From positions 352,001 through 416,000 of the forward strand of contig CAWDTA010000002.1 in the NCBI GenBank assembly GCA_963805085.1: a stretch of 64,000 nucleotides of DNA, read 5' to 3'. The notes under the pieces are model-generated. The model was not told where the DNA came from. It did no database searches and worked only from the letters and a program-made list of their open reading frames with translations. Every line of letters starts with the position of its first letter. Positions within the stretch are counted from its first letter, which is position 1. The position numbers were made by a program, and so were the translations under genes. Positions 11,436 through 21,074 of this stretch are shown here, one piece after another. The stretch is from an uncultured Veillonellaceae bacterium. GTDB lineage: Bacteria; Bacillota; Negativicutes; JARBTT01.

Positions 11436-14318
11436 TTATTGCATCTGATCAATCTTATCTAGAATAATAGTTTGAAAGATCTCTTTATCAATACAACTTT
11501 TTATCTTGGTCATAAATTCATGATCACGCAAGATTTTCAACATATCTTTGACATTTTCTTTATCCGTTGATTTAAATACTGGCATAAACACAAAATTAAC
11601 ATTACCAACGCCCCAATTAATTGGATTTTTTAGTTTAACAAATACAAAGCTAGTTCGATTCACGCCGATAGAATTGCCATGTGGAACTGCAGTATTTCCT
11701 TCAGTAAATGTTGGTAAAAGAGCTTCTCTATCCAGAACTGATTGTAAATACTCTTTTTCCACATACCCTTTGTTAATGAGTAATGAACAAATATATTCTA
11801 GTAGATCTGATTTAAAATAAATTTCTGGTTCAAAAATCATTAAATCACGATCAATCCTCCGATGATGCTGTGTCTGTTGAAATTCATTTTTTGCTGCTAA
11901 ATGAATTTCAATATTTTTCAAAAAATTTTCATCATAATCAATAAAGCACGTACCCGGTATTTTAGGGTTGATAGTTCCAACCACAAGAACACTATTTTCC
12001 TTTTGCAACTCCATTATTTTACTGATTAGAAATTCATCCATTGCGCTCATCGCATAACATGGTAAATCTTCGTATTTATTTTGAATAAGACGGCTAATAT
12101 GTTTCGCATTTCCTTCACCGGTCAAACATACCGTGACAATAAGATTTGATTTATGATTATTTTCTTTTCCATCAACATATAAATAATCAAATTTATCTTT
12201 TTTCAAATAAAAATAAATTTCTTCCAAGGTATCTTCACCTAGAGAAACCCGTCTCGTGGCTTCAAGTCCTAGCACGATGTCTACTCTTTCTAACGTCTTC
12301 GCTTTTATATTGGTTTGGTTATATACAATATCTCCAATATTACTTAACGACCCCATATCTACTAAAAACAATACACCTCTCCCCTGATCAATTACTTTAG
12401 CTAATTCAATTGCTTTATTGTAGATATTAATTGGCTTTTCATTTAATGGCATATCAATCGCGATTGGGAAATTCGTTCCTAAAAGTTCTTTAATCACCTT
12501 CACCGTTTCAGTAGCGATATACCCATGTGAAATCATAATTAGACCGACTCTTTGCTTTAGAGCATCGTGATTAAATGCAGATTTAAGATACAAGGTGATA
12601 AAACCAACCTCATCATCAGGGATTTTTACTCCTTCACTGACTTCAATTTTTTTTGCGAAGGCTAGACCTATTGCATATTCTTTAGAAAATTCCTTTTTAA
12701 TTTTTTCAATGTTAATATTAATAATTTTTTGATTTAATTTTATTCTTTTAACTGCTTCATCAAGATGAATGGCTAAATATTTGAAAGCATTCTTATTTAT
12801 TTCGCCAATTGATTCATTCTCCATAATTTCATTCATGAGCTGTTTAACTGCATTGGTGATATTTTCACTGACAAAGCTATATAAATCATTCATGGAAAAC
12901 GCATCTCGTTGCTTATTTTCATTAAATTTCAAATCGGTAAAGCTATTCAAGACAAAAGCCCAAAGAATATTTTCCGTTTCCCCATCTGTTAAATTTAATA
13001 ATTTCAAATCATAATATTTTTCTTCAATGCTTCGATAAATATCATGTACAACTAAATTCTCTCTTTCCATATCTGAATCTTGTGTTGAGTTATTTAACTT
13101 AAATGGTATTAGCATTAAATTATTTAAATATTTCCTTATTTCTGAATAGTTTCCATCTACTAAAGCCGTTTCATTGAAAGAATCCATTAATTTTAGTATT
13201 TCATTAACATCGATTGAGACTAATCTATCTTCTTTTTTGTTAATTACCTGCATAAACGATCTTGCGCACAATACTTGAATCATATTTTGCAGCTGTCCAA
13301 TATTGCCACTAAACTTATTTAACGCCAAAATTTCCACTACGTTTTTATCAACAAATATTTTTGAATTTATTCGATTACATTCTTGCTGAAAAATACGGCA
13401 AATTAAATCAACCTTCTCTTTTAAAAAACGATCACGTAACGAAGGTAAATAAATTACCATAGGAATTCTTCTTCTAAATGTAAGTAATAAATTGGTTTCA
13501 ATATTTTCTGTCGTTGCCCCAACCAACATAACACTTACTTTCCGTTCTATACTCGTCTCACCTAATCTTCTAAAACAGCCTCGATCCAAAATAGAAAATA
13601 AAATTTCTTGACCTTTTGGTGGTAAACGATGTATTTCATCTAAAAATAGCATTCCCCCATCGGCTTCTTCGACTAAACCAGGACTGTCATTGACTGCTCC
13701 AGTAAAAGCTCCTTTTTTATAACCAAATAAAAGCGACAGTAATAATTGCGGATTATCAGCATAATCTGCGCAATTAAATACAACAAAGCTAGAATTGTCA
13801 TATAAAACACCCTCTTGTTGTGCAAATTCATACATTTTTTTTGAAAATAAGCTTTTCCCAACGCCACTTTCGCCAACAATCAATGTCGGCAGCCCTTTAG
13901 GTGGATACATGATGGCTGATTTTGCTTGTTCAATTGCATTTTTCAAGCTGCCATTATGCCCAATTAGTGTTGCAAAAGGATCTCTTTCCTCTGTTATTTC
14001 TTCAATATTTACAATGCAATCGTCTTCTTTTGATAATACTTCTTCAACAACCCGCCTTGAAATATTAAAGCCCTGTTCTAATAATTCTCTTGTTATATCT
14101 GAGATATTGAGCGTTTTCCCATTCTTCTTAATGGCTAATATCGCTGACCTTAGATATGGATATCTTCTTTGCCTAGAATTACTAATATTAAGTTCTTTTC
14201 TGATATTTGTAATATTTTCACGTGCAGTATTTAAAAACTTAGCTATTTGGACATCGGTCAATGGATCTTTTTTATTTTCCGTATTAATAATATTGATAAG
14301 CTTAGTTTGTATCTCCAT
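11436..14318 (-). CDS. Sigma54-dependent PTS-regulated activator (LevR-like): RpoN-DBD-like N-terminus, AAA+, PRD, EIIA-Man, EIIB, EIIA
   Basis: Walker A GESGVGKS, GAFTGA, FLDEIHRL, PRD LAIHL, SHG, VCLTGEG and C-terminal VPHG. Start reassigned to MEIQ at 14318 (RBS AAAGGAGA). Confidence 0.9.
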   Translation of the reverse strand: MEIQTKLINIINTENKKDPLTDVQIAKFLNTARENITNIRKELNISNSRQRRYPYLRSAILAIKKNGKTLNISDITRELLEQGFNISRRVVEEVLSKEDDCIVNIEEITEERDPFATLIGHNGSLKNAIEQAKSAIMYPPKGLPTLIVGESGVGKSLFSKKMYEFAQQEGVLYDNSSFVVFNCADYADNPQLLLSLLFGYKKGAFTGAVNDSPGLVEEADGGMLFLDEIHRLPPKGQEILFSILDRGCFRRLGETSIERKVSVMLVGATTENIETNLLLTFRRRIPMVIYLPSLRDRFLKEKVDLICRIFQQECNRINSKIFVDKNVVEILALNKFSGNIGQLQNMIQVLCARSFMQVINKKEDRLVSIDVNEILKLMDSFNETALVDGNYSEIRKYLNNLMLIPFKLNNSTQDSDMERENLVVHDIYRSIEEKYYDLKLLNLTDGETENILWAFVLNSFTDLKFNENKQRDAFSMNDLYSFVSENITNAVKQLMNEIMENESIGEINKNAFKYLAIHLDEAVKRIKLNQKIININIEKIKKEFSKEYAIGLAFAKKIEVSEGVKIPDDEVGFITLYLKSAFNHDALKQRVGLIMISHGYIATETVKVIKELLGTNFPIAIDMPLNEKPINIYNKAIELAKVIDQGRGVLFLVDMGSLSNIGDIVYNQTNIKAKTLERVDIVLGLEATRRVSLGEDTLEEIYFYLKKDKFDYLYVDGKENNHKSNLIVTVCLTGEGNAKHISRLIQNKYEDLPCYAMSAMDEFLISKIMELQKENSVLVVGTINPKIPGTCFIDYDENFLKNIEIHLAAKNEFQQTQHHRRIDRDLMIFEPEIYFKSDLLEYICSLLINKGYVEKEYLQSVLDREALLPTFTEGNTAVPHGNSIGVNRTSFVFVKLKNPINWGVGNVNFVFMPVFKSTDKENVKDMLKILRDHEFMTKIKSCIDKEIFQTIILDKIDQMQ

Positions 14319-14347
14319 AATTAAATCTCCTTTTTGTAAATTATATA

Positions 14348-14363
14348 CGCAAAATCTGTGCCA
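14348..14363 (-). promoter_or_regulatory. Sigma54-like (-24/-12) element upstream of the activator gene itself
   Basis: Minus strand reads TGGCACAGATTTTGCG, about 30 bp upstream of the reassigned start. Confidence 0.7.
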
Positions 14364-14707
14364 TACTTTTATAACATAGCATTCCTCATGAAGTGAAGAA
14401 TCCACCTTCCCTATCAAACTATCAATACAAATTGTTAATATTTTTATTTTGTTCATTTTGTGATGAATAAAATGTATATTTCTTAAACGTTTTAGCGAAG
14501 ACCGTTTCTACGCAATTACTCCTTTTATATCATTATTTTAAAATTTAATAAAGATATATTTCTTTACTTTTTATTTAAATACCCCAAGTCATTTAAATAA
14601 AAAGTAAAACCTCCTAGGGATATACCCTAAAAGGCTTTATTTTATAAAATATCTAATTGATAAAAATTCATGAAATTCCCTACAAAGTTTATTTTTTTAT
14701 CCGTACC

Positions 14708-15457
14708 TTACGACTGCCGAAGCTGTTCTAATTCGGTGAAGAAACTTCTATAGGCCCAATAGCTGGCCATGAACGTAGTGACTGCTACCGCGCCGACGAG
14801 CATGAAGGCTACCATGATTTGATATTTAATGGCCGCAGCTGGCGGTAGACCGGCTAGAATCAACCCTGTCATCATACCGGGAAGTTGGACAATGCCTAAG
14901 GTTTTCATTGAGTCGATACTCGGTTGCATCGCGTTTTTAATGGTTTGACGAATGATACTCGCGGATGATTCTTTGGCACTGGCGCCTAAGCATAGCTTGA
15001 TTTCAACCTCTTCTCGGCGACGCTCAAAGTTTTCCTTGAGATGATTAAAGACGAGCCCAGCGGCAATCATAGAGTTGCCTACTACCATCCCACTGACCGG
15101 AATGACCTGACTAGGTTGATAGGTAACCGCCCCGCATAATAATAATATGCCTAAGGTAGCAATCAAGCCCGCGAGCAAAGCATTAAAAGAAATCTTTTGA
15201 ATGTGCTCGATTCCCTTGCCTCTTTTCGCAGAAACGGTAGCTGCATTATAAACCATTGCCAATAAGATGACGGTTGTAACAATACTGTTGTCCCAATCGA
15301 AAACATAGGTTAAAACAAAGCCGATCGCTGTCAGCTGTACTACCGCACGAATACTGCCAATGATAATTTCCTTTTCCAAACCAATTTTATCTTTATAGGA
15401 AAGATACATCGCCAAAAGAACCAAAATAAAGGTCATCGCTAATGAGATATCGTTCAT
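14708..15457 (-). CDS. fetB: ABC permease, FetB/YbbM (UPF0014) family
   Basis: RAVVQLTAIG, IPVSGMVVGNSM, LGIVQLPGMMTGLILAG, AIKYQI. Confidence 0.85.
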   Translation of the reverse strand: MNDISLAMTFILVLLAMYLSYKDKIGLEKEIIIGSIRAVVQLTAIGFVLTYVFDWDNSIVTTVILLAMVYNAATVSAKRGKGIEHIQKISFNALLAGLIATLGILLLCGAVTYQPSQVIPVSGMVVGNSMIAAGLVFNHLKENFERRREEVEIKLCLGASAKESSASIIRQTIKNAMQPSIDSMKTLGIVQLPGMMTGLILAGLPPAAAIKYQIMVAFMLVGAVAVTTFMASYWAYRSFFTELEQLRQS

Positions 15458-16143
15458 TTTTGTAGCTCCTTTTGTGCAAAATATTCATCGTTACTACCAT
15501 AAAAAGTTATTTTACCTTTATCCAAATACATAATCTGTTTCGCCAATCGTTTGGCTTGTGCAAGGTTATGAGAAATAAAGAGAACGGTTAAGTTTTGCTT
15601 TTTGTGCTCATCTAGAATCAATTGTTCAATGATCAGCGTATTCTCTTCGTCGAGGGAAGCTGTAAATTCATCTAACAATAAAATATTGGGTTTGATTAAT
15701 AAGGAACGAATCAAAGCAATTCGCTGTTGCTCTCCCCCAGAAAACTCTGTTATCTTTTTTGTCAGAATATCTTCTGACAAATTCGCTTTCGTTAGATAGT
15801 TTGCTATTTCTGTGAAGTCAGGTTTTCGTTTTAATAGATGATACGGATACGTTAAATTATCCTCAACCATGCTACCAAATAGATGTGGCTTTTGAAATAC
15901 ATAGCCGATTCTTTTTCGTAGCTGGGTTGGTGGATAAGATAACGTATCTTTTCCTAGATAGGAAACACTCCCGCTCGTTGCACTTTGCAAAAGGTTCAGA
16001 ATTCGAAAAAGCGATGTCTTTCCCGAGCCCGAGCTACCCAGGACCCCAACAAAATCGCCTGCATAAATAGAAAATGAAAGTCCATCTAGAATTGTTTTGC
16101 TCTGGAATTCTAGCCTGATATCTGATGCTTCCAGTAAAACCAT
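15454..16143 (-). CDS. fetA: ABC ATPase, FetA/YbbL-like
   Basis: GSSGSGKT, FSGGEQQR, LLLDE; coupled to the FetB-like permease. Confidence 0.8.
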   Translation of the reverse strand: MVLLEASDIRLEFQSKTILDGLSFSIYAGDFVGVLGSSGSGKTSLFRILNLLQSATSGSVSYLGKDTLSYPPTQLRKRIGYVFQKPHLFGSMVEDNLTYPYHLLKRKPDFTEIANYLTKANLSEDILTKKITEFSGGEQQRIALIRSLLIKPNILLLDEFTASLDEENTLIIEQLILDEHKKQNLTVLFISHNLAQAKRLAKQIMYLDKGKITFYGSNDEYFAQKELQK

Positions 16144-16387
16144 AAAATGCCTCACCTCTGCTCCTAATTTAGCCTACTTTGTCGCTATTAACATTCACGT
16201 TCTATTATCTATAAAGGCTTCTATCGGTAAATACTAAAATGATTTTATGTTTATTATCTATTTAATCTCGGTAAATTACAAGTATTACTGCAACGAATAA
16301 CACCATATTTATCTTGTAAATCATAAAATCTCTTATGATCAAAATAAAAGATCATTACGCTCATTTATGAATAATCGCCTCGAAAAA

Positions 16388-16424
16388 CAACAAGCTGATT
16401 AACCTATTTGCTAATCAGCTTGTT
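16388..16424 (-). terminator. Probable terminator after the MCP
   Basis: AACAAGCTGATTA...TAATCAGCTTGTT hairpin. Confidence 0.55.
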
Positions 16425-16493
16425 CACCTGCCTATTTACGGCAAATACAAATGTAATATATTCTACCAAATTAAAGTTCAATCAGTCAGCACA

Positions 16494-17630
16494 TTAAACC
16501 TGAAATACTCCGACCACTACCCGAAGATCTTGGGACATTTTTGCAAGTTCTTGGCTTGACGCGGCAATTTCCTCAATGGACGCGGACTGTTCTTGCGTAG
16601 CTGCCGACATGGTTTGTGTTTCCTCTGATGCCTGCTTACTCAAATGGTCAATGGCTTTTACAGAAGCAATAATTTGCTCACTACCATCTGCCATTTCATG
16701 GATCGCTGTTGATATTTCCTTGATTTGGCTGGATACTTCAAGTACCAATGATTCTAAGTCCTGAAGTGACTTACCTGTGGTAGTTACTACTTCTGCCCCA
16801 AGTTTCACTTCCTCCGTTCCTAGTTTCATCGCTTTGACTGCTTTGTCTGTATCCCCTTGGATCTCGCCGATTAATACGGCTATTTTCTTCGCCGCTTCTT
16901 GCGATTGCTCTGCTAGTTTTTTCACTTCCGAGGCTACAACGGCAAAACCCCGTCCATGCTCACCAGCTCTAGCCGCTTCGATCGCGGCATTCAATGCTAA
17001 AAGGTTGGTCTGTGCGGCAATTTCGGACATTGTTTCAACTATTTGCCCAATTTTTGTAGATTGTTCCCCTAGTTTGACGACTACCTTGGCTGATGTATTG
17101 ACCGTGTTTTCAATCTGTAACATCTGACCAATCGCTTTTTCTACTGTTTTAGACCCAATCGCCGCGGTATCCGCCGCTTGGACTGATTTTCCCGCAACCT
17201 GGTTAGCACTATCAGCAATCCTTTGCACACTATCTAGCATCTGCTCTACAGCCGCTGATGTCTCACAAACAGCCGCCAACTGACGTTCAGAACCATCAGC
17301 TACATTGGCCGTTGCCCCTGCTACCTGATTGGCAGCTCGCGCCGATTGATTGGCGCTTGCAGTGAGTTGATGCGATGATTCACTAACTTGCTCAGCCGAC
17401 TGATCGACTTTTTGGATGATCGTGCGTAGACTTGCTTTCATTCGATTGAACGAATGCGCCAATTGACCGATTTCATCAGCAGAGGTAACCGAAATATCTG
17501 CTAGTGTCAGATTGCCACTGGCGATTTCCGTTGCGGCTTGACCGATGACCTTCGTTTTACGTGCTATCCCACGACTGATATAAATACTAATAAAAATTGA
17601 AATACCTGCCATGAGCAGACTCACAATCAC
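16494..17630 (-). CDS. Methyl-accepting chemotaxis protein, N-terminally truncated (TM2-HAMP-signalling domain only; possible pseudogene)
   Basis: [45 protein letters not shown]. Only one TM segment and no sensor domain before the upstream in-frame stop. Confidence 0.8.
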   Translation of the reverse strand: MIVSLLMAGISIFISIYISRGIARKTKVIGQAATEIASGNLTLADISVTSADEIGQLAHSFNRMKASLRTIIQKVDQSAEQVSESSHQLTASANQSARAANQVAGATANVADGSERQLAAVCETSAAVEQMLDSVQRIADSANQVAGKSVQAADTAAIGSKTVEKAIGQMLQIENTVNTSAKVVVKLGEQSTKIGQIVETMSEIAAQTNLLALNAAIEAARAGEHGRGFAVVASEVKKLAEQSQEAAKKIAVLIGEIQGDTDKAVKAMKLGTEEVKLGAEVVTTTGKSLQDLESLVLEVSSQIKEISTAIHEMADGSEQIIASVKAIDHLSKQASEETQTMSAATQEQSASIEEIAASSQELAKMSQDLRVVVGVFQV

Positions 17631-17660
17631 TAAAAGATAGCCGAAAATTCTCCTAAATTC

Positions 17661-18197
17661 TTATTTTATGACTGCTTGAAATACTTTTACATGATTGCTA
17701 TATCCAGTCAAAAATTTTCCGTTAGATTCGATATATATTGGATTACCAGCATATATTGGCTTCGTAAATTTTATTTCTATTGTATTAAACGATTCAATAG
17801 ACTCCTGAATATTTTTTAAAATCAATAACCCTTGTACAACTGGTTTTTCTGTCAAATGGATTGTATTTGCATCCCCAACTGCTTTAGAAAAATCATAAAT
17901 TTCTTGTTTACTAAAGGTTTTCCAATGAACTACCTCTTTTGGGATGACGCTAGTCTCGTCTAAATTGCTAACAACGACATTCAAAAAAAGCGTCATGCTT
18001 AATTTTGCGACCATCTGATCATTATCATCATACATAATGGATGAAATGATCAAAAATCGACTGGTCTCTTTTTCGATAAAAACATGGCAAGGGTTCTTTC
18101 TGCTTTTCCCATATTGCTCTAGTTTTATTTTTGTAATATAGCTGTTATTATATTTTTCATCCTTTAACTCAGAAAAAGCTTTTGCAAGTTGTATCAT
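17661..18197 (-). CDS. MaoC-like hotdog-fold protein
   Basis: Hydratase-like motif FSKAVGDANTIH...VVQGLL, KFTKPIY; start probably MIQL at 18197. Confidence 0.6.
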   Translation of the reverse strand: MIQLAKAFSELKDEKYNNSYITKIKLEQYGKSRKNPCHVFIEKETSRFLIISSIMYDDNDQMVAKLSMTLFLNVVVSNLDETSVIPKEVVHWKTFSKQEIYDFSKAVGDANTIHLTEKPVVQGLLILKNIQESIESFNTIEIKFTKPIYAGNPIYIESNGKFLTGYSNHVKVFQAVIK

Positions 18198-18557
18198 ATC
18201 CTTTTCTTCTCCTATAACAATATTTATTATAACCACTTAAAATATAATCATCATCTAAGCAGCATGCATTTAGTTGACGATTATTAGTTCTCATTTCTTG
18301 TGCAAGTGCCTACTGCTCCGCAACATCGCTAATCAAAATCACTGTAATTAGGCTATAGATTTTTGGGGAAGTTTTTAAATCAGAAAACCACTTTATTATA
18401 AACTGTCCCTAGTTATTCTTAATTTTCTATTAAACTTAAAATATTCGTCTTTTTTCTATATACTTCCTTCTTAATTATGTAAAAACATATAAATGTCAGT
18501 GGATATTTTTTAATGCTAGTCTCTGAAGAAATAGCATTTTATTTATTACACTATAAC

Positions 18558-18592
18558 AAAAAACCGCAACCATTTACCGGTTGCGGTTTTTT
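18558..18592 (-). terminator. Intrinsic terminator after the small Lys-rich ORF
   Basis: AAAAAACCGCAACC-loop-GGTTGCGGTTTTTT. Confidence 0.75.
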
Positions 18593-18594
18593 AC

Positions 18595-18693
18595 TTATTC
18601 AGATTTAGTTGACAAAACTGCTGGAGTTGGTTCAACTTTCTTTATTTGTTTTTTCTTCTTTTTTTCCTTGTTCTTTGGGCTTTTATCTCCCAT
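18595..18693 (-). CDS. Small Lys-rich protein, 32 aa (MGDKSPKNKEKKKKKQIKKVEPTPAVLSTKSE)
   Basis: Below the ORF-track cutoff; RBS AGAAGGAG upstream and a terminator directly after the stop. Confidence 0.65.
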   Translation of the reverse strand: MGDKSPKNKEKKKKKQIKKVEPTPAVLSTKSE

Positions 18694-19033
18694 ATTGAAC
18701 ATCTCCTTCTTGTAACAATAAACTATGTCAATTATAACATAGTTTACCCAAAGATGGGGTTACTTATACTCTTACATTGAACGATACTCCATGAGCTAGA
18801 CAGTTGACCCATGCTGTCGGCAAGATTTCCCTATAATAGCTTCCTATTTCATGAGATTAATCCACTATAAGGTGCTACACAGAAAAAATATGCAGTTCTT
18901 ACAATATATGAATTTTTATACCAAAAGTATTCCTACTCAAATGCTTTCATTCAGCAATGAAAGTTATTTATTTATGTTCTTCTTTAAAAATACCAGTTAA
19001 CATGATAAAAGAAACTTATCCCAACACAGCTCT

Positions 19034-19147
19034 TTATTTAAAAATTTTACACTTACCTTCTAAATATCGGGCAACGAATACGCCCATTACTGCGATTATA
19101 ATAAGCACGACGGGAGCAAAATCTAAAATAACATCTGCTGCTGGCAT
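19034..19147 (-). CDS. Small single-pass membrane protein, 37 aa (MPAADVILDFAPVVLIIIAVMGVFVARYLEGKCKIFK)
   Basis: RBS GAGGTG 18 bp after the radical SAM stop; hydrophobic core and basic tail. Confidence 0.6.
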   Translation of the reverse strand: MPAADVILDFAPVVLIIIAVMGVFVARYLEGKCKIFK

Positions 19148-19165
19148 ATCGTGTCACCTCGTAAT

Positions 19166-20395
19166 TTATTTTTCAATATAATGACTAAAGCTACCAATCA
19201 CGATTTGTGGGAAAACTTCATGAATCTCCTTTAAGAAGGTTTTCACTCCACATAGTTTTCCTTTAGCTTTCGGCATAATTTCTAAGAAGGAATCTGGATC
19301 AATATTGAGATTGCGAATCTGGATCATGTCAATTTTCGTTTCAGCTAAAAATTCTTTCCAGGCAAATATTTCTTCTTCACGGTCGTTTAAACCTGGGAAA
19401 AACAGCATATTTAAGGACACATAAACCCCTGCTGCTTTAGCATACGCAATCGATTCTTTTACCTGAGCAAGGTCATAGCTGCCCCGATAATACGCTTGAT
19501 AACTATCCGTTCTTGCGCTGATGATACTAACACGCATGGTATCGAGTCCTGCATCCACAATCTTTTTGATACCTTCCGTATAACCAGCATTGGTGTTGAT
19601 GTTAATTTGTCCGAGTTTCGTCTTTGCCCGAATGATTTTCATTCCTTCGGCAATGTTGACTGCGGCAAGTGATGGTTCCCCTTCACACCCTTGACCAAAA
19701 CTAATGATTGCTTCTGGCGCATTTTCTAAATGATAGATACCAACTTCGGCGATTTCGGCCGGGGTTGGCGTAAAATCAATACGATTCTGCGGCGATGGGC
19801 AACATTCTGACGGTTGCAAGGAAATACAGCCAAAGCAATTTGCATTGCAGGTTGGCGAAGTTGGAATGCCAGCTTCCCAACGACGATAAAATAAATTTTG
19901 CGCCGTACAACAATGCCATTTTAGTGAACAATTACCGACCTGCTCCACAATCCGATTGCTTGGTAAATCTTTTTTCGTGCGACTTACCAGCTTTTTTAAG
20001 CTATGGGTATTATAATGCAGTGGCTGCCATTTGTCATTTTCATCGCTATAAATAGCGGTTACATAAAGTTCATCTTTGTATAGCACTACAGCTGTATAGC
20101 CATAGAGCGGTAACATTGCCTCCCCTTCCACTTTCATGAACGCTGGCATATGGGTTCGTGTATAACCTGCTGGTAAAATTGCCGCAACGGCTCTCCCAGT
20201 GATCGGTCCGATTTGTTTACCTTGGCGCCCCATTGCGAGCCGTCCTGGTAAACACATCAAATCTGCACCTTCTGGTAATGGAATCAAGTCTTCTGGTTTT
20301 AACAAGACAGTTTGATCGCCAATTCGTGCTACTGCTTCACAACCTGGCTGATCAAATATTTCACCATTTTCATCCGCGTATACTGCTGTAATCAT
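19166..20395 (-). CDS. Uncharacterised radical SAM protein
   Basis: CNANCFGC (CxxxCxxC), SFGQGCEGEP, extra Cys residues (CSLKWHCC, ECCP). Confidence 0.85.
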   Translation of the reverse strand: MITAVYADENGEIFDQPGCEAVARIGDQTVLLKPEDLIPLPEGADLMCLPGRLAMGRQGKQIGPITGRAVAAILPAGYTRTHMPAFMKVEGEAMLPLYGYTAVVLYKDELYVTAIYSDENDKWQPLHYNTHSLKKLVSRTKKDLPSNRIVEQVGNCSLKWHCCTAQNLFYRRWEAGIPTSPTCNANCFGCISLQPSECCPSPQNRIDFTPTPAEIAEVGIYHLENAPEAIISFGQGCEGEPSLAAVNIAEGMKIIRAKTKLGQININTNAGYTEGIKKIVDAGLDTMRVSIISARTDSYQAYYRGSYDLAQVKESIAYAKAAGVYVSLNMLFFPGLNDREEEIFAWKEFLAETKIDMIQIRNLNIDPDSFLEIMPKAKGKLCGVKTFLKEIHEVFPQIVIGSFSHYIEK

Positions 20396-20411
20396 AAGAA
20401 TCACCTCTTTC

Positions 20412-20981
20412 CTATTTCTTTTTGATGTTATAACCGTTCATCGCTTTATCAATGCCTTGTTTAACGATATATTCTATCGCTGGAATCAATTCAACGATAA
20501 GTTGGTCGATGGCTGTTTGATCTTCGGCAGGAAATTTTGCGAGCACATGATCGACAACCACCCAACCAGGTAGAGGTCTACCAATCCCGATGCGAACACG
20601 TGGAAATTCCTCTTTGCCTAGATTAACGAGCAAAGATTCTACGCCACGATGACCGCCAGAACTCCCACGCTTTTTTAATTTCACATTGCCGACAGCAATA
20701 TCCATATCATCATAGATAGCGATTACATCTTCTACCTTTAATTTATACCACCGTAAAATTGCACCAACTGCATTGCCACTTAAGTTCATAAAGGTTTGCG
20801 GTTTGACTAAGAGAACTGGCTCTCCGCCAATTTTCCCTTCCGCAATCTGGGCATCGAATTTATTTTTCCAATTGTGGATTCCTAAATGCTCCGCCAAAGC
20901 ATCCACCGTCATAAAGCCCACATTATGACGCGTCTTACTATATTCTTGCCCAGGGTTACCAAGGCCAACGATTACTTTCAC
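20412..20981 (-). CDS. pth: Peptidyl-tRNA hydrolase
   Basis: VGLGNPG, TRHNVGF, KPQTFMNLSG, GGHRG, RIGIGRP. Confidence 0.96.
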   Translation of the reverse strand: MKVIVGLGNPGQEYSKTRHNVGFMTVDALAEHLGIHNWKNKFDAQIAEGKIGGEPVLLVKPQTFMNLSGNAVGAILRWYKLKVEDVIAIYDDMDIAVGNVKLKKRGSSGGHRGVESLLVNLGKEEFPRVRIGIGRPLPGWVVVDHVLAKFPAEDQTAIDQLIVELIPAIEYIVKQGIDKAMNGYNIKKK

Positions 20982-21074
20982 CGATTCTTTCCCTCCCCAT
21001 TAAAACAAAGGACGCGATAAATCGCGCCCTTTATATTTTTAGATAGTTTTACTTAAAATATCTATATGATCAAT

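Noticed and set aside
14319-14456. 46-aa N-terminal extension of the activator in the ORF track
   Set aside because: A strong RBS precedes ATG 14318, and the extension contains the -24/-12 element.
18957-19181. 74-aa + strand ORF
   Set aside because: The minus-strand 37-aa ORF has a clear RBS and operon context; the + strand ORF is likely its shadow.
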